NCBI GenBank assembly: GCA_032128875.1
Contig: JAVLKG010000004.1
Coordinates: 544,001 to 608,000 of the forward strand
DNA: 64,000 bases
Source of the DNA: Candidatus Melainabacteria bacterium 17Bon1m
Lineage (GTDB): Bacteria > Cyanobacteriota > Vampirovibrionia > Obscuribacterales > Obscuribacteraceae
Reading direction: 5' to 3'
In this document: positions 18,210 through 28,613 of the stretch, one piece after another
Position numbering within the stretch: position 1 is the stretch's first letter
How the letters are laid out: every line of letters begins with the position of its first letter
Notes under the pieces: generated by a model
What the model was told of the DNA's origin: nothing
The model's database searches: none
What the model saw: the letters and a program-made list of their open reading frames with translations, nothing else
Position numbers and translations under genes: made by a program

Positions 18210-20034
18210 TATGGGTCGTCTCCTTCTTCACGAAAAACTTCTTCAAGTCTTCAGGCATCTCAGGGCATGGAGTTTTCTCCAGTTTCATCGAGTCGCCGTC
18301 TTTTGAAATTGCCGTATTGAACTTTCCAAGTTCCGGACTGAGTTGCTCGAAGTCTGTGCGACTGTGAGCACCGCGGCTTTCTTCTCTGGAAAGTGCACTG
18401 CGCGCGATCGCTTCAGATGCAATAAGCATGTTTTTCAAATCGCGGCACATGTGCCAACCCGGGTTGTAGACTTTCGAGCCTTTTGTGCAAACACGCTTCA
18501 CGTCTTCTTTCAACTCTTGAAGCTTCGCGATGCCTATTTCCAAATCTTCCTTGTTGCGGAAGATTCCAACATAAGTGCTCATTACCTGGTTTAGATTCTT
18601 TTGCACATCATATGGATTCTTCGCGTCAGAGTTGGCAGCACGTTTGAACGGCTCTTCCATCTCTTCGATTGCTGCATCGACGTCTTGGTTGTTGATCGAT
18701 GGAGACCCGCCAAGTTTTTTCACGTACTCAGCAGCACCTAAGCCTGCCAGCCTGCCGAAGACAATCAAGTCGGAAAGTGAATTGCCGCCCAATCTGTTCG
18801 CGCCGTGCATGCCTCCTGAGCATTCACCGGCGGCGAAAAGTCCCGGTACCCGGCTCATCTGAGAATCAGCGTCAACACGGATGCCGCCCATGATGTAGTG
18901 CATCGTCGGTCCGACTTCCATCGGTCCGGCAGTGATATCGACATCTGCCAGGTCTTTGAACTGGTGATACATAGATGGCAATTTCTTGCGGACACGAGCA
19001 GCATCCTGGTAGGAAATATCCAGGAATACTCCGCCGTGCGGCGAACCGCGTCCTGCTTTTACTTCTTGGTAGATTGCGCGAGCGACGTTGTCGCGCGTGG
19101 ACAGTTCCGGCGGACGTCTGTCGGCTGTTTTCACACCAGCGATTGCCGCATCTACCCAGCGCTTCGACTCTTCATCGTCGGCGGAGAATTGATCTTTTGT
19201 GCTTTCCGGCAAATAGTCACGCATAAAGCGCTTGCCTTCTTTATTGGTGAGGATGCCACCTTCACCGCGTACGCCTTCTGTTACCAGAATTCCGCGGACG
19301 CCGGGTGGCCAGACCATGCCTGTCGGGTGGAATTGAACGAATTCCATATCGATAAGATCGGCGCCGGCGTCATAAGCCAGACCTTGACCGTCTGCAGTGT
19401 ATTCCCACGAGTTCGAGGTAACCGTGAAGGCTTTGCCGACTCCACCAGTTGCCAGAACGATTGCTTTGGCTTTGAAGAGAACGTAGCGACCATCTTCTCT
19501 GTAATAGCCGAAAGCACCGGAGACTCTATCGCCGTCTTTGAAGAGCTTGGTGATGGCGCATTCCATATAAACAGCAAAACCGCGGTGAACACCTTGATCT
19601 TGCAGCGTCCTGATCATTTCCAGTCCGGTTCTGTCGCCAACGTGGCAAAGGCGCTTATATTTATGCCCGCCAAATGCGCGTTGCAGAATCGCACCTTTAT
19701 TGGTTCTGTCGAATACCGCGCCCCACTCTTGTAGTTCGCGCACTCTGTCCGGCGCTTCTTGCGCATGCAATTGCGCCATGCGCCAGTTGTTCATCATCTT
19801 GCCACCATTCATGGTGTCTTGGAAGTGAACTTCCCAATTGTCTTCCGGGTCGACGTTGCCGAGCGCTGCTGCAACTCCACCTTCCGCCATAACTGTGTGA
19901 GCCTTGCCGAGCAATGATTTGCAGACAAGACCAACGTTCATCCCTTGTGCAGACGCTTCGATGGCGGCTCTCAGACCTGCCCCACCGGCGCCTATCACGA
20001 GGACGTCGTGTTCATGTGTTTCGTAATTTGTCAT
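18202..20034 (-). CDS. sdhA: Succinate dehydrogenase/fumarate reductase flavoprotein subunit
   Basis: GAGGAG, covalent-FAD motif HTVMAEGG, QFHPTG, EGVRGEGG, HYIMGG and HGANRLGGNSL. Confidence 0.96.
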   Translation of the reverse strand: MTNYETHEHDVLVIGAGGAGLRAAIEASAQGMNVGLVCKSLLGKAHTVMAEGGVAAALGNVDPEDNWEVHFQDTMNGGKMMNNWRMAQLHAQEAPDRVRELQEWGAVFDRTNKGAILQRAFGGHKYKRLCHVGDRTGLEMIRTLQDQGVHRGFAVYMECAITKLFKDGDRVSGAFGYYREDGRYVLFKAKAIVLATGGVGKAFTVTSNSWEYTADGQGLAYDAGADLIDMEFVQFHPTGMVWPPGVRGILVTEGVRGEGGILTNKEGKRFMRDYLPESTKDQFSADDEESKRWVDAAIAGVKTADRRPPELSTRDNVARAIYQEVKAGRGSPHGGVFLDISYQDAARVRKKLPSMYHQFKDLADVDITAGPMEVGPTMHYIMGGIRVDADSQMSRVPGLFAAGECSGGMHGANRLGGNSLSDLIVFGRLAGLGAAEYVKKLGGSPSINNQDVDAAIEEMEEPFKRAANSDAKNPYDVQKNLNQVMSTYVGIFRNKEDLEIGIAKLQELKEDVKRVCTKGSKVYNPGWHMCRDLKNMLIASEAIARSALSREESRGAHSRTDFEQLSPELGKFNTAISKDGDSMKLEKTPCPEMPEDLKKFFVKKETTHNG

Positions 20035-20050
20035 TATCTTGGACCTTTAA

Positions 20051-20818
20051 CTATTGAAAGAAAACCGGGTTTGGGAAAACACCCGCGCAAACCTGGCGGA
20101 TATAGAAGTCGGTAAAGCCGACTGAGCAAAGCGAGAACCACGCCCATGCCATGTGATGCTCATTGAGCTTGGTGACGAATTCCCAGACTTTGAATCGTTG
20201 CTTTGTGCTCTCGTCTTTACTGAAGCAATTCAAACCGCCGCCTGCTAAATGCCTGTAAGCGTGGCATCCGAAGGTGTATCCGGATAGAAGAACGCAGTTG
20301 ATGGTCATGATCAAAGTGACAAGGTCAAAGTGAAATGACGGTTCAATCATTGATTTGAAAACGTCATACCAGAGGATGGTCAGTACCAGAACTGCTAAAT
20401 AGAAGAAGTAGCGGTGCAAGTTTTGCAGAACAAAAGGAAATGCTCTCTCACCCGTGTAGCTCTTGCTTCCCCAAACGCTGACGCCGCATGCCGGCGGTGT
20501 CAGGAAGTAAGCGCGGTAATAAGCTTTTCGGTAGTAGTAGCAGGTGGCGCGGAAGCCAGCAGGCATCCACAAAATCAAAATCGCCGGGGAGAATGGCCAA
20601 CCCGGTAAATCAATCTTTGGAGAATAAAAGGGCGAAATGATCGACCCAATCTCGTAGTAGTTGTTTTCGAATGCGCGGTATGTCGCGTAGACGATGAATA
20701 GGGTGAATCCGGTCGCTACCATTAGGGGTGCCAACCACCATGTGTCATGGCGTGTGGTCATGCCAGTGTGGGCGTGCGTACCAGATGTACTCGCTGTCGC
20801 TGCCTTAGTCTCGTTCAT
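20051..20818 (-). CDS. sdhC: SDH membrane anchor, mycobacterial Sdh1 (Rv0249c-like) type
   Basis: About 5 TM segments with FRATCYYYRKAYYR, PPAC, QNLHRYF, GCHAYRH and NEHHMAW; lies directly upstream of sdhA. Confidence 0.85.
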   Translation of the reverse strand: MNETKAATASTSGTHAHTGMTTRHDTWWLAPLMVATGFTLFIVYATYRAFENNYYEIGSIISPFYSPKIDLPGWPFSPAILILWMPAGFRATCYYYRKAYYRAYFLTPPACGVSVWGSKSYTGERAFPFVLQNLHRYFFYLAVLVLTILWYDVFKSMIEPSFHFDLVTLIMTINCVLLSGYTFGCHAYRHLAGGGLNCFSKDESTKQRFKVWEFVTKLNEHHMAWAWFSLCSVGFTDFYIRQVCAGVFPNPVFFQ

Positions 20819-20988
20819 TGCTCTCGTCCTGTTTTGTTTGTCCAGTTATGGACACGCACTTGCGTTTTCTTACTCTTCGTCGCACTTTCAGCGATCCGGA
20901 GAGCATCAGAACTAGCAGCATCCCGACGAAAACCGCGCCTCTCAAGAACTGTAGAGGCGGCACGGGTTCCCCGAATCGAACTTGTTTA

Positions 20989-20997
20989 ATTATATCA
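20989..20997 (-). promoter_or_regulatory. Extended -10 promoter (TGnTATAAT) for the sdh operon
   Basis: Minus strand reads TGATATAAT about 170 nt upstream of the sdhC ATG. Confidence 0.5.
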
Positions 20998-21495
20998 ACT
21001 GAGCACGGGCAAACCCGTCAGATGTGAATTTTCCAGCCCATAACTAGAAAAAATTGCACTCATTTTTCTAGATGTCATCAGGCGTTTCAAAAGGCGTTTT
21101 ATCAAAGGTTGCAAAGCAAAAGCCTGCTTCTATATCTCTTTGCTAAAAGGCGGATGAAAGCGAGATATGGAATATCGCTGCGATGGATGCAAGATCCTGA
21201 AGATTTTCTGTGAGGCGGAACTAATAGTTTAGGAGGGCGTCAGTTTTCTCTGTGTAGACCGCAAGTTAAGCGCAGTGCAAGAAAAGGGATTGTTTAAACT
21301 CATGACAGCCTGCTCAGGGATCAACTCCATACAAAACATGCAAACCGAGCTGGTTTTCAAGCAGTCTTTCGACATGAGATTCAATCAATCTCCTTCTAAA
21401 TTCCTTATGGTCACCGTCATGCCTTAGGCGACGTTCGAGCAGGTCCAAAACGAACTGCAAAGATGGCGAACTAAGCAAGTCTGGGAGTTACTGAA

Positions 21496-21771
21496 ATGAA
21501 ACGAGTCAAATTGAGTCAGAGGACACAAGCCAAGAAAGCAGAAGACCACCGCCATATGGTTACGCAGCGGCTAGATGAATCTATTCCACTGGACTCAAAA
21601 GAATGGCAAGCTGTTGAGCAAATATTGATGCGCATGACTGAATTTGCGCCGTCTAGTTTGATCACCGAATGCGTGAATGCCATCGCTGTATACGCAGACG
21701 AGCAAGCACAGCAAGGATACATGCTTGGACAAGACGATTTGATCAAACAACTCAAGTCTCGCGCCGCATAA
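21496..21771 (+). CDS. Small hypothetical helical protein
   Basis: 91-aa ORF with SD GGGAG, convergent on the kinase array. Confidence 0.65.
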   Translation: MKRVKLSQRTQAKKAEDHRHMVTQRLDESIPLDSKEWQAVEQILMRMTEFAPSSLITECVNAIAVYADEQAQQGYMLGQDDLIKQLKSRAA

Positions 21772-21806
21772 ATTCAAAGCTACGGAAAGTTCCGGCAGAT
21801 GCCCAT

Positions 21807-24083
21807 CTATTGAAGCTTGCCGTCAATGAATTGAGCGTTGTTGTTCAATTCCTGCTTCATAGGCCAATCATGGGCATCCGTGCCCCTGTTCAGCCACTCA
21901 ATGTCAGTCACTGCCACAGTGAATTCCTTGAAGTTGGTGCTGTCGGTGTCAACAAGAACATTGGGAGCGTGAATTCTCATTTGTTTGGCAAATATTAGCT
22001 TCTGTCGATCCGACCATCGCATACTGGCGACCTTCACAGTTTGCAATTTCGGAAATGCCGTTAGCTCCTGCCAGACTTCAGGAGTTACGTCGGTAAAGCT
22101 CAAATCAAGTCGAACGAGCGACTTCAATCCGCTCAAATTTGCTACGCCCTTGTTAGTGATATCTTCGTTCCACCCAAGGCACAGCGTGGATACTTTCGAC
22201 TCGGAAATCACGCTCAAATCTGTATCTTGCAGATCGCATTTTGCGGCGATCAATTGTCGCAACTTGGGAAATTTGCCAAGGTTCTGAAGAACTGCGGTGG
22301 GGTGATCTGTGCTTGTGATGTTCAGATAGTTTAGCTTTTCAGGATGTATGTATTTCAGCAGTTGTCTGCAATCTATGTCATTCCAGGCTACGTCTAAATA
22401 GAGCAATTCCGTCAATTTCCCGAGCACAGGAAGATTTGATTTTAGCTGCGAGTAGAAAGCGTTGAAGAATTTCAATTTTGGAAAATTTGCCAGTTTGCTG
22501 TAAAAACCAGGTGACTTTGCGCGCTGTGAATTTAGATCGATCAATGTGAGTTCATTCGGCTGAAATTTGTCCATCAGCTGAGGATGATTCATCAAATAAT
22601 CGTTCGGCACAAATCCTATCAAATCATCCGTATGCACTGTAAATTCACCGGTTGCCTGGTGTATGCCTCCGCCGGCGGTGAGAATAATGCCTATTGATTG
22701 CTTCTGTGGAAATCTATATCTGCGAGTCTGCCCGCGGACAGACGACCAGTATGTTGATTGGCGGACGCTTTCTTCGTACTGCGGATCTTCCTTCTTAAGT
22801 TGAGCAGCGGCATCTGTAGCCGCATCGCCATTGGTATCACTACCTGTGGAAGTTGCTGATTCAGCCCCAGAACTGCTCCTGTCAAAAAAGAGTCTTGTTG
22901 GCACAGGCTTCTCTTGCTGTGGGTAGAAACACACGTAGCTTGTCAGCGCGCCCAGGGCGAAAATCACACCCACTGATAGAAGGATTAAAGAAGTATTGGA
23001 TGGAGTAAGAGAAATTGTTGTTTCTTTCTTCTCGAACTCTGGCTTCTTCAAAACTTGAGTCGTGCCCACAGGCTCCAGCGTACTTTTCGATTCTTCAGTA
23101 AGACGGCGTTCTAATTTGATCAAGTCTTTTGCCACAGCATTGGCAGATTGATATCTGTTAGCCGGATCCTTTTCCAAGAGCTTGGAGACGATCTCCTCAA
23201 GCATCTGCGGATACTGTGTGCCTAGCGATGCTTCCTTCAGAGAAAGAGGCTTTTCACCTTGATGTTTCATCATGGTAGAAAGCGCTGATTCACCAATAAA
23301 AGGCGGTGCGCTTGTTAGCGTTTCGTAGAAAACACAACCCATGGAATAGAGATCGCTTCGATGATCAACTGCAATCCCGGTACACTGCTCTGGGCTCATG
23401 TATAGAGGGCTGCCGAAGATTTCTCCCGTCTTGGTCAGTGTTTGTTGATTGAACTCATCGACACCCGTAAGTTTTGCAATACCAAAGTCTAGAATCTTTA
23501 CGTGTTCGACGTCCTCGCCTGCTTTTTGGTAAACCATAATATTGCTCGGCTTGATGTCGCGGTGAATCACTTTGCTTTCGTGTGCATAGCCAATTGCAAA
23601 CGCTACCTGAATAAATATGCCGACAGCTCGGTCAACCGGCAATTGCCCTAGCTTCTTAATCTCGTCGGCAAGGGTGACGCCCTCAACCAGTTCCATCAGA
23701 AAAAAGGGCTGGCCGCCCGGAAGTAGTCCGAACTCGTAAACCTTGAGAAGGTTTGCATGATCAAGCAAATGAGCAGCTTTGGCTTCATTCTGAAAGCGAC
23801 GCCAGGCAGCATCAGCCTCTTGAAACTTATTCAAACACTTGAGGGCAAACTGCCGCCCCATCAGCAGATGCTCGACGCGATAAACACTGCCCATGCCGCC
23901 TTGTCCAAGCAGGTCGATAATTTTGAATTTTTCCAGCACGATCAAGCCGGGCTCCAAAACGACAGGACTCTGCGCAAACAGAGACATGGTGTTTTCGCCG
24001 AAAGTGTAAGAGTTGTCCGTCCCATCTGTGCCTGGGGTAGGGACTATCAAACTTTTCTCTGAGTCTGTGTGCTCGTCTGTCAA
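21807..24083 (-). CDS. Hanks-type Ser/Thr kinase - TM - LRR receptor (array copy 5)
   Basis: GQGGMG, ALK, HRDIKPSN, DFG, SPEQ; TM LILLSVGVIFALGALTSYVCF; LxxLxLxx repeats. TTG start, exact start uncertain. Confidence 0.93.
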   Translation of the reverse strand: MTDEHTDSEKSLIVPTPGTDGTDNSYTFGENTMSLFAQSPVVLEPGLIVLEKFKIIDLLGQGGMGSVYRVEHLLMGRQFALKCLNKFQEADAAWRRFQNEAKAAHLLDHANLLKVYEFGLLPGGQPFFLMELVEGVTLADEIKKLGQLPVDRAVGIFIQVAFAIGYAHESKVIHRDIKPSNIMVYQKAGEDVEHVKILDFGIAKLTGVDEFNQQTLTKTGEIFGSPLYMSPEQCTGIAVDHRSDLYSMGCVFYETLTSAPPFIGESALSTMMKHQGEKPLSLKEASLGTQYPQMLEEIVSKLLEKDPANRYQSANAVAKDLIKLERRLTEESKSTLEPVGTTQVLKKPEFEKKETTISLTPSNTSLILLSVGVIFALGALTSYVCFYPQQEKPVPTRLFFDRSSSGAESATSTGSDTNGDAATDAAAQLKKEDPQYEESVRQSTYWSSVRGQTRRYRFPQKQSIGIILTAGGGIHQATGEFTVHTDDLIGFVPNDYLMNHPQLMDKFQPNELTLIDLNSQRAKSPGFYSKLANFPKLKFFNAFYSQLKSNLPVLGKLTELLYLDVAWNDIDCRQLLKYIHPEKLNYLNITSTDHPTAVLQNLGKFPKLRQLIAAKCDLQDTDLSVISESKVSTLCLGWNEDITNKGVANLSGLKSLVRLDLSFTDVTPEVWQELTAFPKLQTVKVASMRWSDRQKLIFAKQMRIHAPNVLVDTDSTNFKEFTVAVTDIEWLNRGTDAHDWPMKQELNNNAQFIDGKLQ

Positions 24084-24165
24084 GGAATAGTGCCTGGAGG
24101 TCGGTTAGCTGCTACGGGAGTACCAAGAACCTTCCATTCAAGTATAAGCTTTGAATGTGACTTTT

Positions 24166-26334
24166 CTAGGGCGAGGAGCTCGAAGGGGCTCCCCTGTGCT
24201 CAGTGATGGAATCAGTAGGAGGAGGCGGAATGAGTCGTTTTGTGTTGGCATGTCCTAAGAATCCATGACCCTGCCATACAAAGTCAGTCAAGATAGATTG
24301 GTCGTGAGTGTAAGCGTCGCGGAAATACACCTCGATTTTCGGGTTGAATTCCTTGAGCTCTCGGATTATGTTTGCTTTGACAGTTGGCGACCATTCACGC
24401 AGCCCCAGTTCCACCTTCTTCAGATTTGGAAACTGTTTCAAAATGCCGACCACCTTTGGGGTAACTACGGTTCTCGACAAATCCAGCCATTCAAGAGATT
24501 TGATTGGCAGAAGATTGGCGACTCCTTTGTCCGAAATTGTATTGGTCGATAAGTCAATTACTCTCAGTGTTTTGCTTTTGGCTAAGCCCGCAATATCTGA
24601 GTCGGTAAAGCCGTTGACACTGACTATAATTTCGTAAAGCCTGGGAAACTTCGTGATGTTCTTGATGAAAGTCTCACAGCCATCTGTGTGACTCAGTTCT
24701 ATTCCGTTGAGATTGTAGATGTTGGGCAACTTAAGCATTTTTGCGCAATCAACGTCTGTATGCGACAAGTTGAGATACTGAAGCTTCTTAAACGCTCCCA
24801 GAACAGGCAAATCTCTGTCACTAAATGCGGTACCACTCACATTGAGAATGCGCATGTCCTCAAACTTCTTAATTGCGTTGAAATAGCTTGAATCGACTGT
24901 TTCTGCATTGAAATCAAAGACAGAAATCTCGTCCGGTCTGAATTTATCGATATATTCAGGCGTAATGAAATCACCGGCAACAAATCCGGTCTTCATATTT
25001 ATAGGAGCGGTAACCCGTCCACGAGCCAGACCAGTAGAGCCATTTGCCGCAATCAGAAGTCCAACTACTTTATTGTCAGGGAAATAGAAAGTCTTCTTTG
25101 TCTTTCCAGGATGAGCTCTATCCGGTTCTATTTGTGACCAGTACTCGCTTCCCTGTTGATTGAGCTGCGGTTGCACCGGAGCCGGTTCCACCAGAGCTGT
25201 TTTCATACCTTGCTTATTCATTACGTACATAAGCGCGTACAAGCTTGCTGCGCCCAGTAGATACATAGACACACCAAACACCGCCAGTTTCGACAGAGTC
25301 ATTGTTTTCAATGCTCGTGCTACTGCTGTCTTGAAACTATTTTCGGGAGTTACGGAAAGAAGAACAGGGTTTTGTCTGGTGATTTCTTGCTTGTTCTCAT
25401 CGATAGCTCGCTCCAGTGCAATGAGATCGCTGGCCAGAAGATTGGCTGATTGATAGCGATTGTCAGGATCTTTTTCCAACAACTTGCAGATAATCGCTTC
25501 TAGCGCGGCTGGATAGCTCACTCCTAAGGATGCTTCCTTGAGACTCAATTGAACATCGCTTTGATGTTTCATCATTGTTGCCAGCGCTGTTTCGCCCATA
25601 AAAGGAGGCGCGCTCGTCAAAGCTTCATAAAATACGCAGCCCAGAGAATACAGATCTGACCGATGGTCGACAGGCAGCCCTGCACATTGCTCCGGACTCA
25701 TGTAGAAAGGACTGCCGAAGACTTCACCAGTGCGCGTCAACGTCTGCTGATTGAATTCATCCACTCCGGTAAGTTTTGCTATTCCGAAATCGACAACTTT
25801 AATCCCTTCAACTTCGTTTTCGCTCTTAGGCGGCACTAACATGATATTGCTAGGCTTCACGTCACGGTGAATAATCTTTCGCTCGTGTGCGTATCCCAGT
25901 GCGAAAGCTACTTGAATAAAAATGCGCACGGCGCGATCGATAGGCAAGTGGGCGATTGCTTTGATCTCGTCAGCTAAGGTCCTGCCTTCCACAACCTCCA
26001 TCAGAAAGAAAGGTTGTCCGCTATCCAACAATCCCAGTTCGAAAACTTTCAAGAGGTTGGGATGGTCAAGCATGTAGGCTGCTTTTGCTTCATTTTGAAA
26101 ACGCCGCCAGCTGGCGTTTTCTTCCTGAAACTTATTCATGCACTTAAGTGCAAACTGTCTTTCCATCAAAAGATGGTCTACGCGATAGACACTGCCCATG
26201 CCGCCTGCGCCCAGAAGCTCAATGACGCGAAACTTTCCCGAAAGAATAGTTCCCGGTTCTATGAATGGACCCATGATTGGATTCATTGCATAGGTACGTT
26301 CGCTTGTCGGCGTGATTTCTTGATAGGACCCCAT
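24166..26334 (-). CDS. Hanks-type Ser/Thr kinase - TM - LRR receptor (array copy 4)
   Basis: GAGGMG, HRDVKPSN, DFG; TM LAVFGVSMYLLGAASLYALMYV; LRRs (LQYLNLSHT, LEWLDLSRT). Confidence 0.93.
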   Translation of the reverse strand: MGSYQEITPTSERTYAMNPIMGPFIEPGTILSGKFRVIELLGAGGMGSVYRVDHLLMERQFALKCMNKFQEENASWRRFQNEAKAAYMLDHPNLLKVFELGLLDSGQPFFLMEVVEGRTLADEIKAIAHLPIDRAVRIFIQVAFALGYAHERKIIHRDVKPSNIMLVPPKSENEVEGIKVVDFGIAKLTGVDEFNQQTLTRTGEVFGSPFYMSPEQCAGLPVDHRSDLYSLGCVFYEALTSAPPFMGETALATMMKHQSDVQLSLKEASLGVSYPAALEAIICKLLEKDPDNRYQSANLLASDLIALERAIDENKQEITRQNPVLLSVTPENSFKTAVARALKTMTLSKLAVFGVSMYLLGAASLYALMYVMNKQGMKTALVEPAPVQPQLNQQGSEYWSQIEPDRAHPGKTKKTFYFPDNKVVGLLIAANGSTGLARGRVTAPINMKTGFVAGDFITPEYIDKFRPDEISVFDFNAETVDSSYFNAIKKFEDMRILNVSGTAFSDRDLPVLGAFKKLQYLNLSHTDVDCAKMLKLPNIYNLNGIELSHTDGCETFIKNITKFPRLYEIIVSVNGFTDSDIAGLAKSKTLRVIDLSTNTISDKGVANLLPIKSLEWLDLSRTVVTPKVVGILKQFPNLKKVELGLREWSPTVKANIIRELKEFNPKIEVYFRDAYTHDQSILTDFVWQGHGFLGHANTKRLIPPPPTDSITEHRGAPSSSSP

Positions 26335-26383
26335 GCAAATGATCTACCCGAATCACCCGCTGCATATGTATTTCGCTAATTGA

Positions 26384-28561
26384 CTACAATTTGGGGATCT
26401 CGACAAACTTGGTTAAGTCAAGGTCAGTGTACGATCTTACGCTTTTCCCCTTCCATGGCAATTCAGGCAGGCATGCGTCCAAATCAGTGGTACTGACGTC
26501 TTTCCAAATTGTTTCGATATCAGGTCTGTGCTTTCTAATGTACTGTTCGAATTGTCTTTTCTCGTCCGTATTGAAAACAGCGCCTAGTTCTATTTTTTTC
26601 AACGCAGGAAATCTTGCCAGAATCTCACAACAATTTGGTTGAATGGCAGTCTGAGTAAGATCGATCCATTGCAATGTTTTGAGCGGTAGCAGCTTTTCCA
26701 GCCCATTGTTTGTGATGCCGTTATGCGCGAATGACAAAACCTTTAGCGACTTACTCTTAGCGATATTAGCCAGATCGCTGTCACCTAAATCGAAACTCCC
26801 AGCAATCACAAGAGATTTCAATTTCGGCAATTTGGGAACCATCGCCGCAAATTTGTCGCCATCACTGGCGCCAGCTATATCCAGGCAAGCCAAGTTTTGA
26901 AGAATCGGCAATCGCAAAATTTCAATGCAAGTAACACGTGTCGTTGCCAGATTTAGATAGCGAAGATTCTTCAATCCGGCAATGTTGGGCAAGTCTTCAT
27001 CTTTAAAGTCGGTACCGCTGAGATTGAGAATCTTAAGACCAGTGAGACGTCTCAAATGCTTATAAACCTCAGGGTTTATCTGTCTGGCACCCCCAAGGCT
27101 AAGAACTTGTAGGTCATCTGGTCGGAAGCCATCCAATAATTCCGAGTGTTCTATGACATTTTTGTTTGTTAGCAATCCAACGGGCTTTCCGATGGGGACC
27201 TTTACAACGCCTTTTGCCGGCTCACGTGAGCCATCTTCAAACTCTAGCTCGCCTAGAGATTTATCTTCCGGAAAGTGAAACTCGACAAACTGCTTTGTTC
27301 GCGTCGTCCACGGCTTAATCTGCACCTTCATGGATGGGACGGGAGCTGGCGTTATTTTTGTGGAATTGTTAGGACTTGCAGCTCTTAGCCTAGGTTGAGA
27401 AATTTTCGGCGCTATGGTCTGCGTACTTACAAGCCAATAGCAAATAATCAACCCCAGAACAAATGTAAGAGAACAGGCACCGATCGTTATATAGATACTT
27501 GGCGCAATTGCCAGTTTCTCCTTTTCCATTTCGATTTTGTGCGCAGCATTGCTCAGAGCTGCTTTTACGATGGTTGCCTCATCACCGCTCAACGTTTTTT
27601 CCAAAAGAATCAAATCTTCCGCCAAGTTATTTGCTGATTGATAACGATTGTCTGGATTTTTCTCTAACAACTTTTCGATAATGGTCTGAATTTGTTCGGG
27701 GAAATCGTCTCCCATTGAAGCTTCTTTGAGCGACAGCGGAACGTCGGATTGATGTTTTAACATCGTTGAAAGTGCGCTGTCACCGATGAAAGGTGGTGCT
27801 CCAGTGAGCGTTTCATAAAACACGCAACCGAGCGAATAAAGATCAGAGCGATGATCGACCGCAATTCCCATGCATTGTTCGGGGCTCATGTACAGCGGAC
27901 TGCCAAATATTTCTCCTGTCTTTGTAAGCGTTTGCTGATTGAACTCATCAACACCAGTGAGTTTTGCAATTCCAAAATCAACGACCTTCACAATTTCTTG
28001 TTCTTGCTCATAGTGAGGTTTTGCCAGCATGATATTGCTGGGTTTCAAATCTCTGTGGACAATCTTGTGGTTGTGCGCGTATTGGATAGCAAAGGCAACG
28101 TGGATGAAAATCTTGAGCGCCCGTCCCAACTCCAATTTTCCTTGTTTCTTTATCTCATCGGCAAGGGTAGGACCATCCACCAATTCCATAAGGAAATATG
28201 GTTGACCGCCGGGCAAAAGTCCGAAATCATAAACGCGAATCAGATTCGCATGATCAAGCATGTGCGCAGCTTTCACTTCATTCTGAAAGCGTCTCCAAGT
28301 GCCATCGTTTGTTTGGGCTTTGCTCAAACATTTAAGAGCGTAGATGCGATTGACCAGCAGATTCTCAACACGATAAACGCTGCCCATCCCCCCTCTTCCA
28401 AGCAAATCAATGATGCGATACTTCTCCAAGATAATCTCGCCGGCGGCCAACACCACATGCGGTTGCATTGTGACATTCAAGGTCGTGTCACACGAAGCGG
28501 CATCCGCTTGCTCAAGCGACAGCTCTAAGTCGTTGTCTTTTTCCTTTGACTCTTCTGCCAC
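26384..28561 (-). CDS. Hanks-type Ser/Thr kinase - TM - LRR receptor (array copy 3)
   Basis: GRGGMG, HRDLKPSN, DFG; TM IYITIGACSLTFVLGLIICYWLV; LRRs (LKILNLSGT, LRYLNLATT). Confidence 0.93.
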   Translation of the reverse strand: MAEESKEKDNDLELSLEQADAASCDTTLNVTMQPHVVLAAGEIILEKYRIIDLLGRGGMGSVYRVENLLVNRIYALKCLSKAQTNDGTWRRFQNEVKAAHMLDHANLIRVYDFGLLPGGQPYFLMELVDGPTLADEIKKQGKLELGRALKIFIHVAFAIQYAHNHKIVHRDLKPSNIMLAKPHYEQEQEIVKVVDFGIAKLTGVDEFNQQTLTKTGEIFGSPLYMSPEQCMGIAVDHRSDLYSLGCVFYETLTGAPPFIGDSALSTMLKHQSDVPLSLKEASMGDDFPEQIQTIIEKLLEKNPDNRYQSANNLAEDLILLEKTLSGDEATIVKAALSNAAHKIEMEKEKLAIAPSIYITIGACSLTFVLGLIICYWLVSTQTIAPKISQPRLRAASPNNSTKITPAPVPSMKVQIKPWTTRTKQFVEFHFPEDKSLGELEFEDGSREPAKGVVKVPIGKPVGLLTNKNVIEHSELLDGFRPDDLQVLSLGGARQINPEVYKHLRRLTGLKILNLSGTDFKDEDLPNIAGLKNLRYLNLATTRVTCIEILRLPILQNLACLDIAGASDGDKFAAMVPKLPKLKSLVIAGSFDLGDSDLANIAKSKSLKVLSFAHNGITNNGLEKLLPLKTLQWIDLTQTAIQPNCCEILARFPALKKIELGAVFNTDEKRQFEQYIRKHRPDIETIWKDVSTTDLDACLPELPWKGKSVRSYTDLDLTKFVEIPKL

Positions 28562-28613
28562 ATCGACCTCAGAAAAGGGGCAATAGAGCTCCTATTTCAG
28601 TATATTCCTCGAT

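Noticed and set aside
18898-19734. Long antisense ORFs (e.g. 278 aa opposite sdhA, 225 aa at 27851-28528, 200 aa at 34808-35410, 205 aa at 47584-48201)
   Set aside because: They are shadows of well-supported genes on the opposite strand, with no recognisable motifs.
20880-20912. CTGATG...GAAA on the minus strand resembling a hammerhead core
   Set aside because: The core reads CUGAUGC rather than CUGAUGA and no stem II can form.
21001-21040. GCACGGGCAAACCCGTC resembling a c-di-GMP-I riboswitch start
   Set aside because: The GAAA-capped P2, the GACGCAAAGC segment and the second hairpin are missing; it is just a short hairpin.
21154-21427. Short plus-strand ORFs (19 aa and 41 aa) in the sdh upstream region
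   Set aside because: Weak ribosome-binding sites and no recognisable features; they cannot be supported from sequence alone.
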